From: Paraspadella gotoi
Lineage: Eukaryota; Animalia; Chaetognatha
Reading direction: 5' to 3'
NCBI GenBank assembly: GCA_051294375.1
Contig: CM119264.1
Location: forward strand, 21,857,582 to 21,921,581
DNA: 64,000 nucleotides
A program made the translations under genes and the position numbers. The notes under the pieces are model-generated. The model was not told the origin of the DNA. It saw only the letters and a list, made by a program, of their open reading frames with translations, and did no database searches. Shown here piece after piece: positions 60,601 to 64,000 of this stretch. Each line of letters opens with the position of its first letter. Position 1 is the stretch's first letter.

Positions 60601-63600
60601 ATTCACTACTTGAAAATCCAGTTTGTTTAAGTAAATACGTTAATGCATATAATTATAAAGCATTCTTAAAAAATGTCAAAATATCAATATTAGTTTCAGA
60701 TTATTTTAGAAAATTTATCTAAAAAATAACTTAAGTCTTAAAATGTTTTAGATATGTCATTTCTAACATTTTAGTCTAAAATTTATTTTGACTTATTTCT
60801 ATTCTAATAGTACAATTTTATTAAGTTTAATCTGTATTTAATTTTAAATTATTTATGTAATTATGTATTTATCATTTTACTTATTTATTCATTTTTTTCC
60901 AATATGATCGAACAACATTGATATTCATGTAATATTTGACTAAGATGACGCAGGGCGAAGCAGGAATTTCATTCCTGTTTCTAATTTGTTAGAAACAAAC
61001 TAAGGTATAGAACTTTAAAAAATATTTTCTTAATTATCATCACTTAAATTAAATTGTAATTGCTCATTAGAGGTCAGCTTAACTAGAATATGCTAAATAT
61101 CTTTTAAAATTATTAAACAAACCTTTAATTTGAATAATAATTTTCATACAATTGAAACATTCTTTGAAATATTTTCCACTTCATTGATAGGGAAGCCAGG
61201 TACTCTGGGAGTGAATAAACGAGACTGTGAGAGAGTCTTGATTGAAAGCTTGCAGGACCTGCTATGTTATTATCTTGTAAGAGTGATGGAGGCTTAACCA
61301 CCAAAGCCCGTCCAAAGTCAGGGGCAAGATAGCTTATTTATTAAATGAATGGATAATTTTTATATTGGTTGTACAATTTCATAAACAATAATCTGAAGTT
61401 AATACTAAATATTTATTGCAAATTAGATTAATTTGACTTGCTGTTCAGTCTAATTTGGTAAGGATGACAATTTGACAATCATTTTACGAATAAATTGAAC
61501 AGATATTATTGTTTCGACACTGGTTGGATTTACACTCATGTGCAAAAAACGCGCCACTTTATAACTTTCAATTACAGATACTCCATAAAATTTTTTTTAA
61601 AAATTATATAAAATAATAAAATTTTAAAAAAATAAATCAATGAATATATCAGTTTTATCAAAAATTGGTTAAGCGGTTTAAGAGATATGATTTTTTTAAA
61701 CTTGAGTATTCCAAATCAAGAGGGAAAATTGAATATTATTCAAAAGTTTAGAATCATTAACCTATCATTCATCTTATTTTTTAATGATTTTAAAATTATT
61801 ATTTAAGGATCTGGGTCAATACAATTATCCAGCTATCCTTCCGGATATCCCTTGTAATTTTTAAAAAATGTTTTAATGATTACAAAGAATATAAAATAAA
61901 AATAATTAATCTTAAATAAATCAAATTCCTTGATCTTAGTGTTTTTTTAAAAAAAAATCACTACTTTTAAATGGATAGCCCAATTTTAATAAAATTTTAA
62001 GCCAAACTCTTTACATTTTAATAAATTTTCAATTATTTTTAAAATTAAAAAAAAAATTAAATATATAGTATGATTTTAAAGACTGATATAAAGTGGTGCG
62101 TTTTTTTTTTGCACATGGACTGTAGAATAGACACATTTTTTTCCGCTGAAAATGGTCATAGAGTCTCCAAAAATGTGTCATTCTGTTCGTATTTAAACGT
62201 TCTTTTAGAAAAAAAACCTTTCAAAGAATTTTTTAAATACTTCCTCGCCTCTCCCAGGGGCGTCAAAGTGCCACGAGCGTCAAATTTATCGATTTTTTGA
62301 TAATTTTCTTTATTTTCTTGTTATAATAGCTAATTTTAAATAATTTTTCAATAATATGTTATGATTTATTAGGTTATTCCTATAAAAAAATCTTTATAAG
62401 ATTTGTATTTGCATTGTATCAGTAATCTTTAAACCGAAAAATGCCAGAAGACCGGAAATGACTCACAAAAATCACGTTATTTTCATAAAAATTTCAATTT
62501 AGAATTTTTTCCGAAAAAAAAATATATGAAAGCTAGAAAATATTTTAAATTTTATAAGTCATTGCAAAAGATGAGAAAAAGATAGAATACCCGGGACGAA
62601 AAATGCAGAATTAGTTCATATTTACTTCAATTTGTAAAAATTTGGAGCGTATGACTGGAATCAAGTATGATTTGACCGGACTCACGCTTGAAATGAGGAA
62701 GAACAGGCTTTGTCAAGGAAAAGATGTGATGAGAAAAACAGTGAGACTGGATTTAATTTTAAAAACATCCTTAAATTTTAAACATATTGTAAAATATTTT
62801 TTTAAAGTTTTTTTAATAAAATATCAAGCTTTTATGATTACGGGAAGAAAACCTTGAAATACCATCATTGTCATAAAAGATCCAGAGATTTAATCACTAC
62901 AATCTAACGATGCTGACATTATACCGAACACTAAACATGGAAAAATGTCAAAGCTATTACAGTTACATTAAAGCAGCAAGAGTGAATATGGTCAGCCATC
63001 AGCGCTGCTGATCGGGCATGTCTATCAACCAACAACATTTTTCTCCTTTTACGAGATATTGTTTGTCACAGTAAAAGTTGTCATGAAAATGGTTTTTCTT
63101 TTGCTCTCACTTATTGCTGAGATCCGTAAAGAAGTTCATATGACAAAGTTAAATCTTACAAAAGTAAAATTTAAAAAAAAAAATTTTATTGATCGTAATA
63201 ATATCTCATCTCCAGGAAACCTTTAACTTCTGAAAATTTTTCTTGAAATGACCTGTAGGACAAACTCTCTATGTAGTTCGTCGCTTTAAATTTACTTTTG
63301 TAAAAGTGTTTAAAAATATAAACAATCAATATTTGTTTAAGCGCGTTTTGCATTTATATCCTGAATATGCTTTATTTCTTGTGCTGTTTTAGCTCTGAGC
63401 CCCCAGCAAAAAGTTTATGTCACCATTTATGTCATTTTTACATGTACATCATGGCGGATGCGCTCTCCCCTCTGAAAAAATCAACGCAATGCTATGAAAG
63501 ACGCAATTGGTGGCGGCTCTTAAAATGGCAATATTTTGTTTTGAAATGGGGAAAACAGGCAATGCCTTGTATGTACGATGATAGTCATCTGGAAGAATTT

Positions 63601-64000
63601 ATAACGAATAGTCTTGCTTGTTTTTTCAGTTCCAATATTTGTTTTAACAATTTGGTAAAATGAAATATAAATTAAACATAAAAATTCTTCCATGCTTACA
63701 CGATTTGAGCCGTCGAGTGAATGGAAAGACAATTCAAATTTTCCAAGCTTTCCGTCCTTTTTAAACAGATTTTCTCTGCTCAATGAAGCCACTGACCGTT
63801 AGGGTCAAGTTTTGCAAGTGCCATGACCTTTGCAATTCCCAATAATCTTGAGCAAACTTTCAGGATTTTTGCAGGCAATGGATATGAATCAACGCGAACC
63901 ATCCCAAAGTAATAGTTTTAAACTTGAAAACGGTTATGACCATTTTGGTCACATGATCTCATCTATATCCCTCATATACTGATTTTTTTGCTAAAACTTT

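Larger units (their letters stand above)
44871..64000 (+). repeat. Tandem duplication of about 9.3 kb (44871-54111 vs 54696-64000) across an assembly gap
   Basis: Colinear near-identity, 25 N at 54669-54693, and differences that are mostly 1-bp indels concentrated next to the gap. Confidence 0.95.

Overview
AT-rich invertebrate animal genomic DNA with short GT-AG introns and abundant (GA/CT)n microsatellites. Recognisable spliced genes are vezatin (-), PLEKHF/Phafin (-), SRP receptor alpha (-), an ALK/LTK receptor tyrosine kinase (+) and a tetraspanin (+). Manual splicing of 4.9-8.1 kb, where the ORF track shows nothing, gives three tandem paralogues of an unrecognised small, probably secreted protein family. 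They share a Cx3C-x23-Cx3C motif, an 81-nt exon and C-terminal Gly or Gly-Arg, and are packed only 126-188 bp apart. Two intact minimal type I hammerhead ribozyme motifs of the Penelope-element style lie at about 17.2 kb and 35.85 kb, both associated with inverted repeats. Decayed hammerhead copies and a probable Penelope RT/GIY-YIG relic are also present, along with Tc1/mariner-like MITEs and a Helentron-like element. The last 9.3 kb duplicates 44.9-54.1 kb across a 25-N gap and is probably an assembly artefact. All gene models and homologies were read by eye; no database searches were run.
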